From contig NW_027362762.1 of NCBI RefSeq assembly GCF_046119375.1, positions 303,738,001 through 303,802,000 of the forward strand: a stretch of 64,000 nt of DNA, in the 5' to 3' direction. Within the stretch, counting starts at the first letter, position 1. Every line of letters begins with the position of its first letter. Source of the stretch: Phyllobates terribilis. Its lineage: Eukaryota. This document shows positions 24,508-37,830 of the stretch, piece after piece. The position numbers and the translations under genes are program-made. The notes under the pieces were generated by a model. The model ran no database searches. It was not told the DNA's origin and worked only from the letters and a program-made list of their open reading frames with translations.

Positions 24508-27500
24508 GTACATACAGTGCAATTTCACTGAACTTCCTCTGTGTAAGGAACCTTTGTTGGCATTTTGACAGGGGACCATTGATCAATAGACAGTGTACCT
24601 TTTGAATTTGGTGACATTGGGCCTAAAAATCCAATGTTATCACAAAAATATGAATGGCAGTGAAATCGACATGTGGTCCTTTTGCTTTCATAAAATGTAT
24701 TTGTTTGGGGAAACAGTCTATATAACTGCTTGTTTGAACTCTTTAATTGATGCATGTCTTCCAGTGATGACATTTGTAAAATTAAATTTGACCTATTTAA
24801 TTGGTGAGATTTATTTCCTTTTCATTGACCTTTATAAGTTAGTCCAGCTTTTTCTTTTCATTTATTTCTCCATTAAGCCACTTTCTTGCTTTCTGGGGTA
24901 TCAGCAAAGCTTGCATATAAGCTGTATCAAGTGAATCCACAATAGATTCTTCCATAATTTATTCTGTCATGTGCTAAAACAAGGTCTGCTATATATCTCG
25001 AGGCCAGAAGTCCAAGTCTAGATGAACATTGGGCCATAGATTCGGTGTCAGAGAGGCATGCAGTGGAAAACCTAAAAAAGTTTATAAAACAAAGACAATG
25101 TCAGCAAACAATGATAAAAATACACATAAAAATGCAAAGTATTCAAAAAAAGATGGACAGTGACCTGGCCGGTGGTAGTTGCCTCGTGATGAGCACTGCT
25201 CCAGAGGTAGCAGGGAAGATGAAGAGAAGCACAATGAACATAAGCAAGGTGGTCACGTGCAGCTGACCAGTGTCACGACGGACTGTGACATGGCCAGTGG
25301 TAGCTTCCCTATAATCAGCAAAGCTCCTAAGTTAACAAGGGGGGCAGGGAAGGTCTTATCCCCAGCCCATAAGGGTGTGGGAAGGTATGTCCTACAACTG
25401 GGCAGGTTGAGGGAAATGTGCATCCCACAACCTGGCAGGGTGATCGAAAACTCGGATCCCCGGACAGTCAGAATGGTGGGAAGGTGTCAGTCAGGATGGT
25501 AGGAGAGTTGGGTCAACCGCTTGTCAGACAAATAGGAAAATGTTGTTATCCCCTGGGGAGGCAGCCTACATAGCTGCTGTCACGAGTGGCCTGAGAGCTC
25601 AGAATGAATGTAGCACCCTGCATTCTGGGTTTGGTTTGGTCCTTAGGGTCACTTCTGGCTACCCCTAGCCAGAAGTCTCAGATCTCTTCTGGTGGCGCTG
25701 AGTAACCCCTCGGAAAATTCCATCTCCAAATTCCAGAAACAGAGGATATTGTGGGATCCAGTAAGGGTGGGCTGTAATGTAGGCTTTTGAGTAGTGATGA
25801 GAGAGCATACTCGCAAGTACTCGGTACTCTCTCGAGCATCTCAGTACTCGAGATGCTCGGAGCTCACAGAGTAATTGCGAGATGCTCGGGCGGATGCTTG
25901 GGACCCCTCCCTGCATGTTTGGCGCTCTTTAGAGCACCAATGGACATGCAGGGATTTCCTGCCACTCACTGTAATGCCGCAGCCATGCTGGTTGTGGCAT
26001 TACAGTGATTGGCTGGCCGCACAGCATCATCAGGTCTATATCAGACCTGGCCCCTGTTCTCTTCAGTCCACTCCGCAATCAGGCAGTGTAGGGAGAGATG
26101 CTGCTGAGCTAGGGAGAGATTTGGTTATGTATTAGGTAGTGTAGGGAGAAAACAAGTACATTACACCTATCCATCTCAACAAACAGTCCTTCTGAGAACT
26201 AATCCATCTTCAGAGATATCAGGCAGGCAGTGTATATAGGCAGGGTGGCAGTGTATATAGCAGACTGCAGTGCATATAGCACAAGAGGCTCCATTCCAGT
26301 TCTGCATTCTGCTGCTGTTAGATATTTCTATACAAATGCCCAGGTTTCAGGGGTCAGGAATACTTTTTTTGGATCTTAATCCTCATTATTTGCTTAAAAA
26401 GCAATCCAGAGAACACCGTTTTTCTGCACCATTAGCTTGTTGGCACTGCAGAATACAGCCAGGTCCTTTCCATATTACAGCGCTAAAAATCCAGCTATTT
26501 AAAACTGTGGTTTGTCCGTCACATGGATCACATGTAATTGCACTGAAATTACTGCCATTTTTGGCCTCCATTCAAATTTTTTTTCAGTGTGTCAGCACAG
26601 TTTTTGACCCCGGGTTGCTGTTCAAACTACTTACCTACAGGCCAAGTATGTAAAACTGTGGTTTCTCCGTCACACTGATCACATATAATTGCGCTGAAAA
26701 TAGTGCCATTTTTGGCCTCCATTCAAATTTTTTTTCAGTGTGTCAGCAAAGTTTTCAAAACCGGTTTGCTGTTCAAAATAGTTACCTACAGGCCAGGTAT
26801 TTAAAACTGTGGTTCCTCCATCACACAGATTACAAATAACTTCACTCCAAATTCAGCCATTTGTAGAGGATGGAAGATATTGTCCTTCATTTAAAATGGG
26901 CAAGGCGCGTGGCAAGGGACGGGGAAATGGACGTGATGGTGATGGTGCATGCAGAGGCCGTGGGCAAGCTGAAATTGTGCCACAACAAACACCCACATCT
27001 TATCACCCGACCTTCCTGTGCCAATTCCTAGGGGACCGCAGTACACTACTTTTGAACCCAGAGCAGTGTCAAAAGGTTTTTGGTTGGATAGCGGATAATG
27101 CTTTCAGTCACTTAGCCACCACCACCACCCTGTCTTCCAAACGGTCAAGTCTCAGTAGCCGTGATTCACCCTGATCCTCCTTCCTCCCACCATGCCAAGT
27201 GCCCGGAGACAACTGATCCCACACTTGGACACTGAAGAGATGTTCACTTTTCGATTTATAGATTCGGGCTTTTCACCCGTTCCACTTGAAATGGGGCAAA
27301 AGGAGTTCGTATGTAGCGAAGACCAAATATTTGAGCAGCCGTGGTAACAAGAAGGTGATGGTAAGAAAGTGCCACAAGAGGTGGACGATGATGAGACACA
27401 ATTGCCAGAAAGTCAGGAGGAGGACCAGGGTGCGGAAGTGGAAGACAAAATGGTGGATGATATAGTAACTGACCCAACCTGGAAGGAGGACATGCAGAGC

Positions 27501-29981
27501 GAGGACAGCAGCACACAGAGGGAGGGAGGCAGAGCACCCCAACAGGCAGGAAGAAGAAGTGTGGTGGCTACAGACAGAAGGCAGGCAACCGTTCCTCATA
27601 AAACCAACAGGAAGTTGCCAGTACAACTGTTAGGTCTTCCCGAGTCTGGTTGTTTTTAAAGACTCTGCTGATAACCCCAAACAGTCCAGTTGCACCACCT
27701 GCAAGGCCAGCATCAGCAGGGGTTGAAACACTAGCAGCCTGACCACCATCAGCATGATTAGGCACATGGCAGCAAAGCACCCGACTTTGTGGGCTGAACC
27801 CCAAAGTCCAGGAACAGTGTCTGCGGGTGGCACCATTGCTTCTTCCGCTGTTGTGCATGCAAGTCAATCCACTGTCCATGGTGCATGTGAAGATGCCTCC
27901 TGCCCTGCACCTGTCGTTGCACACTCTCAAGTAGCAGCATCAGGAAGCACGTCCATGTCCTTGTCCCAGCGCAGCGTTCAGTTGTCCATACCACAGTCCT
28001 TGGAACGCAAGCGGTAATACGCAGCCAACGCCCCACTGGCCACACTACTAAGTTCCCACATTTCGCGAATGCTTGCACTCGAAATGTGGCCTTTAAGGCT
28101 CGTGGAGACGAAAGCATTCTGCAACTTCGGTCCCCAGCCACCACTATTTCTCCCGATGTGCCGTCCCCGCATTGCACAAACAAATATCCCAAAACATAAG
28201 CCATGCCCTCAACAATGCAGTTACCGGGAAAGTCCACCTAACACGGACACGTGGACAAGTGCTTGTGGGCAGGGTGGTAGATCTTTCTGGTGGAACACTG
28301 GGTTAACATGGTGGAAGGCGGGGCCCAGCGGACCTTGGGATGGAATACCTCCTCCCGACGATAAGTATTGCGGACACTAGGTCAATCAGCGTTGCGCTCA
28401 CGATCTACAGCTCCTGCACCTCATCCTCCTCAGCCTCCTCCTCCTCTTCAGCCTCCATCTCTGAAATGACCACATCAGTCACAAGCTGGAAGCACGGCAG
28501 CACTGCCTCGGCTAAACGGCAACAGGCTGTGCTGAAGCTAATAAGCTTAGGTGACAAACCGCACAATGCTGAAGAGTTCTGGACAGCTCTGAAAGAGCAG
28601 GCAGATCTGTGGCTCACACCGCTGAACCTACAGCCAGGCATGGTTGTGTGTGACAATGGCCGGAACATGGTGGCAGCTTTGAGGCGAGGCGAGTTCACAC
28701 ACGTACCATGCCTGGCCCATGAGCTTAACCTCGTGGTTCAGCGGTTTCTCAAATCCTAACCGAAGCTGCCAGATCTGCATTTTAAAGTGTGCTGCCTGTG
28801 TGCCCATTTTATAAAGTCACCTACAGCTTCCGCCGCCCTTGCCGTGTTTCAGCAGCGTTTGCAGCTTCCGGCTCACAGACTGGTGTGTGATGTCCCCACA
28901 CGTTGGAACTCTGCACTGCAGATGTTGGGAAGGATTTGTGAGTAGAAAAGGCCAGTTGTTGAGTACCAGCATCAACAAGGGATTCAGTTCAGACTCCAAA
29001 CATAAGACCTCAGGAGTTGACATGGAGGTCAGACATATGTACCATCCTCCAAAACGTTGAGGAATCCACCAAGATGGTGAGCGGCGATGATGCCATAATT
29101 AGCGTCATCATCCCGCTTCTCTGTCTTCTGAAATGCTCTCTGCTCACAGTCTAAGAGGAAGCATTGTGGGCGGAGAACGATGAGATGGAGCCAGGAAACA
29201 TATAGGGTAATTACACACAGCCCATCCTCATCGCATCCCAACATGAATTGGGAAATAATGAGAAAGAGGAGGAGGAGTAAGAACAGGAGCTAGTTTCATG
29301 CGCTATAGACTGTACTACCTGCACAAATGTCATACCGTCTGTTTAGCATGGATGGCCAGAGGACAGAGAGGAGGAGGAGGAAGAGAAGAGCATGGTCAAT
29401 CATCCTCTTGCTGAGGACACGGAAGTCTTGCCTGTTAGCGGTCTGGCACGCATGGCTGAGTTTATGTTACGCTGCCTTTCCCATGACCCTCGCGTTCTAA
29501 AAATTTTGGGTGACAGTCATTACTGGTTGGTGACACTTCTAGACCCACGCTACAAGGAGAACTTTATATCTCTTAGTACTGAGGTGGAAAGGTTTACAAA
29601 AATGGGGCAGTACCAGAATGCCCTTGTTGCGGAACTATTAAAATAATTCCCATCTGAAAACTCTGGCGGCAGAGGTCACAGTTTGTTGGACAACCAAGGA
29701 GTACAGTCGAGAGAGACACAACTTCAATCCAGCAGAGGCAGGGGAACACTGTCAAAGTTCTGGGAGAATTTTCCCAGCCCTTCCCATCGCACAGGCCCTG
29801 AGGCTCGGGGTACTCTCACAAGGAGTGCAAAGTTTGTGAAGATGCTGAGGGAGTACCTTGCCGACCATACCATCATCCCCCGTGATTCCTCTGTGCCTTT
29901 TAATTATTGGGTATCCAAGCTGGATATGTGGAATGAACTGGCTCTCTACGCCTTGGAGGTCCTGGGCTGCCCTGCCGCTAC

Positions 29982-30958
29982 TGTGTCACCCCAGGCCGGG
30001 ATGCCACAAATATTAAGGCTGTGTCTGAGAGCAGGAGGGAGGTTCCCTGGTCAGGGACCATTAGCATGCAGCACCTCCTGTCCCAGGCCAGTAGGGGGAG
30101 CAGGCTGCCCCTATAACAGCTGGAACTGGGGCAGGGTTAGAGAGACCAGGACCCACTTCTGAAGTATCCAGAAGGGTTCCCAGAGAAGAGGGACAGGTCA
30201 GCAGCAGCTGAGGAGTCCGGGAGGCAAAGGAGAAGCTGCGAGTCAGGGACAGAGGCGACGAGAGCCGGTCCTGGCTGAGAGAGAACATCACTACCGGACA
30301 TTGGGATCCGAGGCTGTCAGGGTTGCATGCCCGGCAGCAGCGAACCAACTCGCGAGGGATTTCAGGTCCCTTGGACTAAGGAGCCTGGAGGCTCCGCCAC
30401 ACAGAGGGACCAGTACAGCACGGAGAAGCAGCAGGTACCTAAGGCCCGAGTCGCAAGCCATACAGGCGAAGTACACGGCCAGCTTAGGGACGTGGGCTAT
30501 CATGCCACAAAAAGGGGGATAGTCAGCAAGGGCAGAGAGAGAACGGTAGGCCTACCCACTCACCCTGACCAGTGGGGCTCGCCCGAATGCTCTCAGACAC
30601 CCAGGCCCATTCCTACCCAGTACTCCTGTTGGGTCATTAGTTCTACCTACAATAAAGACCCTGGACTGTTTGAAGCAGACTCTGAACCCTTATTATTGCG
30701 GCCTGCACTATCACCCCGGGGGGATTTATCATATCCCTGTGCTGCACACCAACATCAACCTCAGCGGTCTGCCTTGCAGCGGCGGTCCTCCCTGACCGCA
30801 ATCCACAGGTGGCGTAGTCAGACATTCATAACTCCATAAATAGACTGCCACAGCATTTGGTCTGACCACCCTGAGCCACGGGATCGGGTTGCCACTACTT
30901 CTCCCATCATCGCACTGAAGCCCGGTTCCAAGTGCCCCACGGCCCAGGGAGCGAGTCA
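29982..30958 (+). repeat. 5' LTR of Gypsy B (977 bp)
   Basis: About 95-97% identical by eye to 40205-41220. Lacks a segment of about 40 bp that is present at 40941-40981. Confidence 0.95.
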
Positions 30959-30962
30959 GCTT

Positions 30963-30981
30963 TGGCGTAGTCGGCAGGATT
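30963..30981 (+). promoter_or_regulatory. Primer-binding site complementary to the tRNA-Ser 3' end
   Basis: TGGCGTAGTCGGCAGGATT is the reverse complement of vertebrate tRNA-Ser(AGA/TGA) ...AATCCTGCCGACTACGCCA and lies 4 nt after the LTR. Confidence 0.9.
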
Positions 30982-31338
30982 GTGACCAACCCGCCACAAA
31001 CGGGTATTGTGTGCCTGAAAAAGACTGTACACATACCTTAAAAGGAAGTTTCCCGCCATTCGGAGCCGTTTCCCGCCATCTTCAGCCGTTTTCCCGCCAT
31101 CGGACGCCATCTTTGGGACGCCGCGCGGGAAGACGAGGGGCGTGGATGTCAAAAACGCGTGAGACTTGAAGCTCCGCCCTACGCTGAGACGCTGCGCAAG
31201 GTCCTGGAAGGAAAGAGAGCGACGCTGACGTCACCAGGATGCGACGCAAGGTCCTCACCCAGAGCATTGCTAGCGGAACCACGGCCTACGGAAGAGGATC
31301 AACGGAAGGTAGGCCACGGTTAACTAGGGGGGAGGAAG

Positions 31339-32331
31339 ATGTCGAACGCGGAGGGACCCTCTACCACCAGCGTGGCCGCTGCAGCTGTGATGCCGTTCTC
31401 CATGCCCTATATCCCCAGAGCAGCCTGGCTGCCACAGTATGCTGGCGAGTCGCGTACCTTGGGCGACTTTAAAGAAAGACTGTATAGCTTATTCAAAGTT
31501 TATCCCCTGACAGAAGAACAGAAAGTAAGCATACTGATAGGGCAGTTAACTGGTGCGGCCCAGTGGGAGGTAAAGTCTTGGACAGCTGAGGAGAAAAGGA
31601 TTGTAAAGGGGGTTCTGACCCGTCTGCGGGACACCTTTGACACCCGTACCTCAGCAGAAATCAAAATGTGGTTCTATGGCTGTAAGTTGCGAGCCCAAGA
31701 TAGTATCAGAGACTATGCCTTAAACCTGCAGTAAGCCCTGGGAGAAATCAAACAAGCTGACCCTGGCAGCGTGCAGGACACCGATAAACTCTTGACTGAC
31801 CAGTTCATAGAAGGTCTGCTGTCCAGCGCCCACAGGACTCAGCTGCGGCTCATGGCCCTACAGAACCCCGATTTGACTTTTGCGCAGTTCAAAGAAAGGG
31901 CAATCAGGGTGCTCCAAGAACCCGCACCAGGTGGCGCTGTAGCTTCCCGGCGCCCTGCCATCACTTACCACCAGGGGGCAGTGCCCTACCCCACAGACCT
32001 TGTGGGGGCGGATGCACAGGCCCTAAATCCATCCCAGCCTGCAAACCTGCACCATCAGGTCCAAGAGCTAACAAAGAGTGTGGCTGCATTGACCAGGACC
32101 GCACAGTCGTTGCAGGTGGAACCGTCAAGACCAATCAAGCTGGCTTCCAGTCCGGAGGATGTCCCATGGCATCGACAGAGGAGGATCCCGTCATTCAGAG
32201 GGAGGCCCGCTGACCGTTACACTGAGGATGGACAGCCGATTTGCCGCCGTTGCAGCCAGACAGGACACATAGCAAGGTACTGTACATTAAATGGGTCCCA
32301 CCTGGGGCAGAGGGCCAACCCCCAGGCATAA
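31339..32331 (+). pseudogene. gag: Gypsy B gag (one in-frame stop), CCHC zinc knuckle
   Basis: ORFs 31339-31734 and 31771-32331 are in the same frame. CRRCSQTGHIARYC knuckle. Confidence 0.88.
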
Positions 32332-35300
32332 GATCACCAGGCCCGTCTAACTGGCGCGATAAGTACGTGGGGGGACGCCCGGTCTTACCCATAGTGCTGT
32401 TATGGTATCACCATGAGTGCACTGCTGGACACCGGGTCTCAAGTGACTACCATCCCCTACGTACTTTTCAAGTGGTACTGGAGTGACACGGATATAACCC
32501 GCTATCCAGACGATGACTTAAGCATCATCGCCAGCAATGGCCAACCCGTGCCGCAGGTGGGGTTCAGAGAGATGACCATCAAGATTGGTAAGGTTGAACT
32601 GCCGGCACAGGGAGTGATCATTGTGGACATTGACCGTCGTGAAAGTCACCCTAAAATAACCTTGGGTACTAATGTGATTGAAAACTGTCTTTCAGAAGTA
32701 ATTATGATTTTGCAGCAGGTGGCGATAAATGCGAGCTCCAGCCAACAGAGGGTCCTCCAGAAATAGATAAGAGCCCTGATGAGACGGCAACAGGTAGAAC
32801 TGTCTGGTGGTGACATCGGTAGCGTGAGGATGAGCGACCCATTCCCCATTGCCATGCCTCCCAAAAGTGAAATGATGATCTGGTGTCGGACTGCAATCGG
32901 GTTAAGAGGGATAGACTACCAAGCCATGGTAGAACCCGTGTACTCAGACTGCAGGCCCACCATTTTGACAGGGGGTGGTTGATGTCCACCATGGAAGGGT
33001 GCCCGTCCGGATCCTAACATCGGGGAGAGGGAAGTACCCTTGCCCCGGTACGCTACACTAGCCAAATTGTTTGCCGTCGAACACAATGCTATCAGGGTCG
33101 TGGAACCCTTGCCTCCATCTCCCCCGGTGGAGGGTATTGTCTCCCAGAAACACAAGGAGGACTGGTGCCAGAAACTCCATGTGGGTGCTGACTCCACTCC
33201 CCTGCACCAAAAGCAAGGAGTCTACCAGGTGGTTCAGGAGTACGAGAGAAATTTTAGTAAGCACCCGCTAGACTTCGGTCGAGTAAAGGGGGTAGAACAC
33301 CACATCCCCATGGGGAGCCACCCACCAATAAAAGAGAGACACAGACCTGTACCTCCTGCACATTTTCAGAATGCCAAGGGCATGCTGAGAGAAATGAAAG
33401 AAGCTGGGGTCATCAGAGATAGCTGTAGCCCCTGGGCAGCTTCCTTAGTTTTGGTAAAAAAGAAAGGCGGTACCATGAGAATGTGCGTGGACTATAGAAA
33501 GGACAATCGTATCACCCATAAAGATGCATACCCGTTACCTAGGATAGAGGAGTCTTTAGCCGCACTAAAATCAGCTAACTTCTTCTCTACTTTGGACCTT
33601 ACTAGCGGGTACTGGCAGGTTCCTGTGGCCCGAGGCTGACAAGGAGAAGATCACCTTCACCACCACGATGGGATTAAGTGAATTCAACTGTATGCCATTT
33701 GGGCTCTGCAACGCACCCGGGACCTTCCAGAGGCTGGTGGAATGCTGTCTAGGGCACCGAAACTTCGAGACGGTCCTACTCTACCTGGACGATGTTATTA
33801 TCTATTTGAAGACCTACGAGTACCATCTAAAGCACCTGGCCGAGGTGTTCGAAGCCCTGGAAGGCTATGGCCTGAAGGTGAAACCTTTAAAGTGTCACCT
33901 GTTTAAACCGAAGGTCCAGTACTTGGGACACGTGGTGAGTGCAGAAGGAGTAGCCCCCGACCCCGATAAGGTCACAGTAATCAAGAGCTGGCCAAGCCCC
34001 TCAAATATCAAAGAAGTGAGGCAATTCCTCGGGTTGGTAGGCTACTACCGAAGGTTCATCCCCGGGTTCACTAAGATGGCAGCCCCTATGCAGGACCTCC
34101 TGATAGGGAAATCTAAGACCATAAGCCAAAAGCCACCCTTCAAGTGGGACAAGCCGGATGAGGAGTCCTTCCGACAGTTGAAGATGGCCCTCACGGGGAA
34201 TGAGATCCTGGCCTACCCTGATTATGGCCAGCCTTTTATCCTCCACACAGACGCCAGTAATGTGGGGCTGGAAGCCGTACTGTCACAGAACCAACAGGGC
34301 AGAAAAAGCTGAGGCCCACTGAAAGAAACCCAGAGAATTACAGCTCCTTGAAGCTAGAATTCTTGGCAGTGGTGTGGGCCATCACAGAACGGTTTAAGCA
34401 TTACCTGGCCTCCGCAAAGTTCACTGTGTACACGGACAACAACCCGCTGACACACCTGGACAATGCAAGACTAGGTGCCCTAGAACAGCGGTGGATGGCC
34501 CGGCTATCCAATTATAACTTCACAATCAAATGCCGGGCTGGCAGAACCAATGCCAATGCAGACGCTCTATCAAGAATGCCCCACCTACCAGAAGGAGAAG
34601 AAGACTCGGAAGAGCAGGAGGAAGTAGAGCTCCCTGCGTTCCACCGGTATGGGTCCACTCAGTATTCTCACCGGGTAAGAGACAAAGCCCTAACCACCAT
34701 CATGTTCAACCCCTTACCCCACCACGGCTGGGCTGAAACGCAAGATAGTGACCCTGCAATTCACCTGGTGAAAGACCTGTTAACCCAGGCAGATGCTAGC
34801 CCTGGCCCTAACGCTCCAGAGGAAGCCAAGCAGTTATGGAAGGAGAAAAGCAGGCTATTCCTCTACGAGGGTAAGCTGTGCAGAAGGCTTGTAAACTACC
34901 GAACGCACGAGCTAACCTGGCAGGTAGTGGTCCCAAGGCAAGATGCAGCAATGGTCCTGGAGGCCTACCATGACAGAGCGGGACACTTCAAATGGAAGAA
35001 ACTGGAGTTCCTACTGAGAGAGCGGTTCTACTGGGTCAGTATGAAAGGGGCCATAGAGAAGTGGAGCAGGGACTGCGGCCCATGCCACCTCAGAAGGAAG
35101 GACCGTACCAGCCAGAAGACACCCTTGAGGCCCATTGTCACCAGGCAGCCTCTTGAGCTGGTAGCTCTGGACCATGTGAAATTGGCTCCAAGCCGGTCGG
35201 GCTACGTCTATGCCCTGACAATTGTGGACCATTACTCCCGGTTCCTGGTGGTGGTTCCTGTTAACCCCTTAACAACATCTGACATACTAATACGCGTCTG

Positions 35301-36739
35301 TGCCCTGGGACTTAAGAGCCAGACCCGTATTAGTACGTCATGGCGATCGCACGCGCACACAGGCTGTGCGGGAGCGATCGCCGCCGGGTGTCAGCTGATT
35401 GTCACAGCTTACACCCGATACTATGTGCAGGGAGCGGTCCTGCACCGCTCCCAGCACATTAACCCCCGCGATGCTGCGATCGAAGTAGATCAAAGTCGAT
35501 CGCAGCATTGAGGGGGCAAGGGGAGGTGATCGCAGATACTCACCTCCTCTTCCGGCTTCCAGCGCTGTCTGCTAAGGCTTCCCGGGTGTTGCCATGATGA
35601 CCCGATGTCGTCATGACAACATCCGGGTCACCAGACAGCAGGAAGATTGTTTGGACATGCGCAGTGCATCTCCAAACAATCTTCTCCCTGTCCAGCGCTG
35701 ACAGCCTGCATGGCACAGGGATGGTGCTGCATTCCTGTGCCATGCAGGCAATCAGAGAAAAAAAAGTGAAAGTCCCAGAGTGGGACAAAGTAATAAACTA
35801 TATAAGCTTCCATAAAGTGAAAAAAAAAAAAAAAAATTGCAAAAATATTAAAAAAAAATAAAATAATAATCCACCAAAAATAAAAATATAATGTACCCAT
35901 CAATAAATATTATTATAAAAAAAAACAAAACAATAAAAGTACACATATTTGGTATCGCCGCGTCCGGAACAACCTGACCTATAAAACTGTCCCACTAGTT
36001 AACCCCTTCAGTGAACACGGTAAAAAAAAAAAAAAAAAAAAAAAATGAAGCAAAAAACAATGCTTTATCACCATACCGCCAAACAAAAAATGGAATAACA
36101 CGCGATCAAAAGGACAAATATAAATAAAAATGGTACCGCTGAAAACGTCATCTCGACCCGCAAAAAACAAGCTGCCATAGAGCTCCATCATTCGAAAAAT
36201 AAAAAAGTTATAACTCTCAGAATAAAGCGATGCTAAAAAATATTTTTTTCTTGAAAATTGCTTTTATTATGTAAAAGTGCAAAACATAGAAAAACTATAT
36301 AAATGTGGTACCGCTGTAAACGTACTGACCGAAGAATAAAGCTACCTTATCAATTTTACCACACGCGGAGCAGAATAAAAAAAAACAAAAAAAACAATTC
36401 CTGAATTGTTGGTTTTTGTTTATTCTGCCTCCCAAAAATCGGAATAGAAAGCGATCAAAAAATGTCACGTGCCTGAAAATGGCACCAATAACAACGTCAA
36501 GTCATCCCTCAAAAAACGAGCCATCTCATCACTGTCTGCCAAAATCTGGAAAAATTATAGCTCTCAAAATATGGTGATGCAAAAACTAGATTTTACAAAA
36601 AATGCGTCTTTTAGTGTGTGACAGCTGTCAGTCATAAAAACCCCATATGATTCTGGTATTGCTGTAATCACACCGACCCGAAGAATAAAGTCGTCTAATC
36701 ACTTATACCGCACAAGGAAAGGCGTCAAAAATAAACTCT

Positions 36740-36916
36740 TGGGTAAGGATTGGGCTAGGGTTAGGGCTGGGTTTGGGGTTAGGGTTGTGCTGGGGTTAGG
36801 GTTGTGCTAGGGCTAGGGTTGCGCTAGGGCTTGGGTTGTGCTACGTTTAGGGTTGTGCTATGGTTAGGGCTGGGGTTGGGGTTAGGGTTGGGGTTAGGGT
36901 TGTGATGGGGTTGGGA
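36740..36916 (+). repeat. Degenerate (TTAGGG)n telomere-like tract
   Basis: Mixture of gggttagggctggg, ggggttagggtt and gggctagggtt units. Confidence 0.8.
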
Positions 36917-36957
36917 TTTTTTTCAAAAGTAAGAAAAAAAGATGACGATATGGCGAC

Positions 36958-37258
36958 TAGTGTTGAGCGCAAGTGCTCGCCACTTGAGTTTGCATCGGGT
37001 GCTCTGGTATGCATTGAGTATCGTGGGTATTTGAGTGACATGCTCGAGTCTCTGCCCCATATGCTTCGCGGCCAAAAAAACTTTACGGGGATTGCCTTCC
37101 ATGCACGAGCGATCCCCGCATGTTTTTTTTTGGGTGTCTAATAACCGTGAAACATGTGGAGCAGGGACTCGAGCATGTCACTCGAGCACACGCTGTACAT
37201 GGTGCATACCTGAGTACCCGATGCAAACTCAAGTAGTGAGCACTTGCGCTCAAGACTA
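36958..37258. mobile_element. hAT-type MITE (301 bp) with TIRs of about 55 bp
   Basis: TAGTGTTGAGCGCAAGTGCTC...GAGCACTTGCGCTCAAGACTA. TSD ATGGCGAC / ATGACAAC (6/8 match). Confidence 0.88.
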
Positions 37259-37361
37259 ATGACAACTTATTCAATATGATGACCTAATGTAAACAAAATC
37301 TGTGTCGTACCTCTGGGTTCAAAATGTTCACTATACACCTTAATAAAATCCTTGAGGGGTA

Positions 37362-37830
37362 TAGTTTCCAAAATGGGGTCACTTGTGGGGGAGCTCCACT
37401 GCTTAGGCACATCACGGGCTCTCCAAACGCGACATGGTGTCCGCTAACAAATTGAATGGAAAATCGTCTCAAATTGTTAGCGGACGCCATGTTGCGTTTG
37501 GAGAGCCCCTGCGTGCCCAAACATTGGAGCTCCCCCACAAGTGACCCCATTTTGGAAACTAGACCCCCCAAGGCACCTATCTAGATACATAGTGAGCACT
37601 TGGAACCCCTAGGTGCTTCACAAATTGATTCGTAAAAATGAAAAAGTGAAAAAAAACACACTTTTCATTTTTACGAATCAATTTGTGAAGCACCTGGGGC
37701 TTCCAAGTGCTCACTATGCATCTAGATAGGTGCCTTGTGGGGTCTAGTTTCCAAAATGGGGTCACTTGTGGGGGAGCTCCAATGTTTGGGCACACAGGGG
37801 CTCTCCAAACACAACATGGCGTCCGCTAAT
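37362..37830. repeat. Alternating inverted-repeat block (two overlapping hairpins)
   Basis: The unit TTTCCAAAATGGGGTCACTTGTGGGGGAGCTCC occurs + (about 37365), - (about 37530-37560) and + (about 37748). Arms of about 170 bp are centred near 37650. Confidence 0.85.

Noticed and set aside
30963-30981. tRNA gene
   Set aside because: Only 19 nt complementary to the tRNA-Ser 3' end including CCA. This is a PBS, not a tRNA locus.
30061-31034. Long ORFs in the Gypsy B LTRs (e.g. 30327-30839 and 40715-41101)
   Set aside because: GC-rich LTR sequence. The frames are not equivalently preserved between the two LTR copies and have no recognisable domain.
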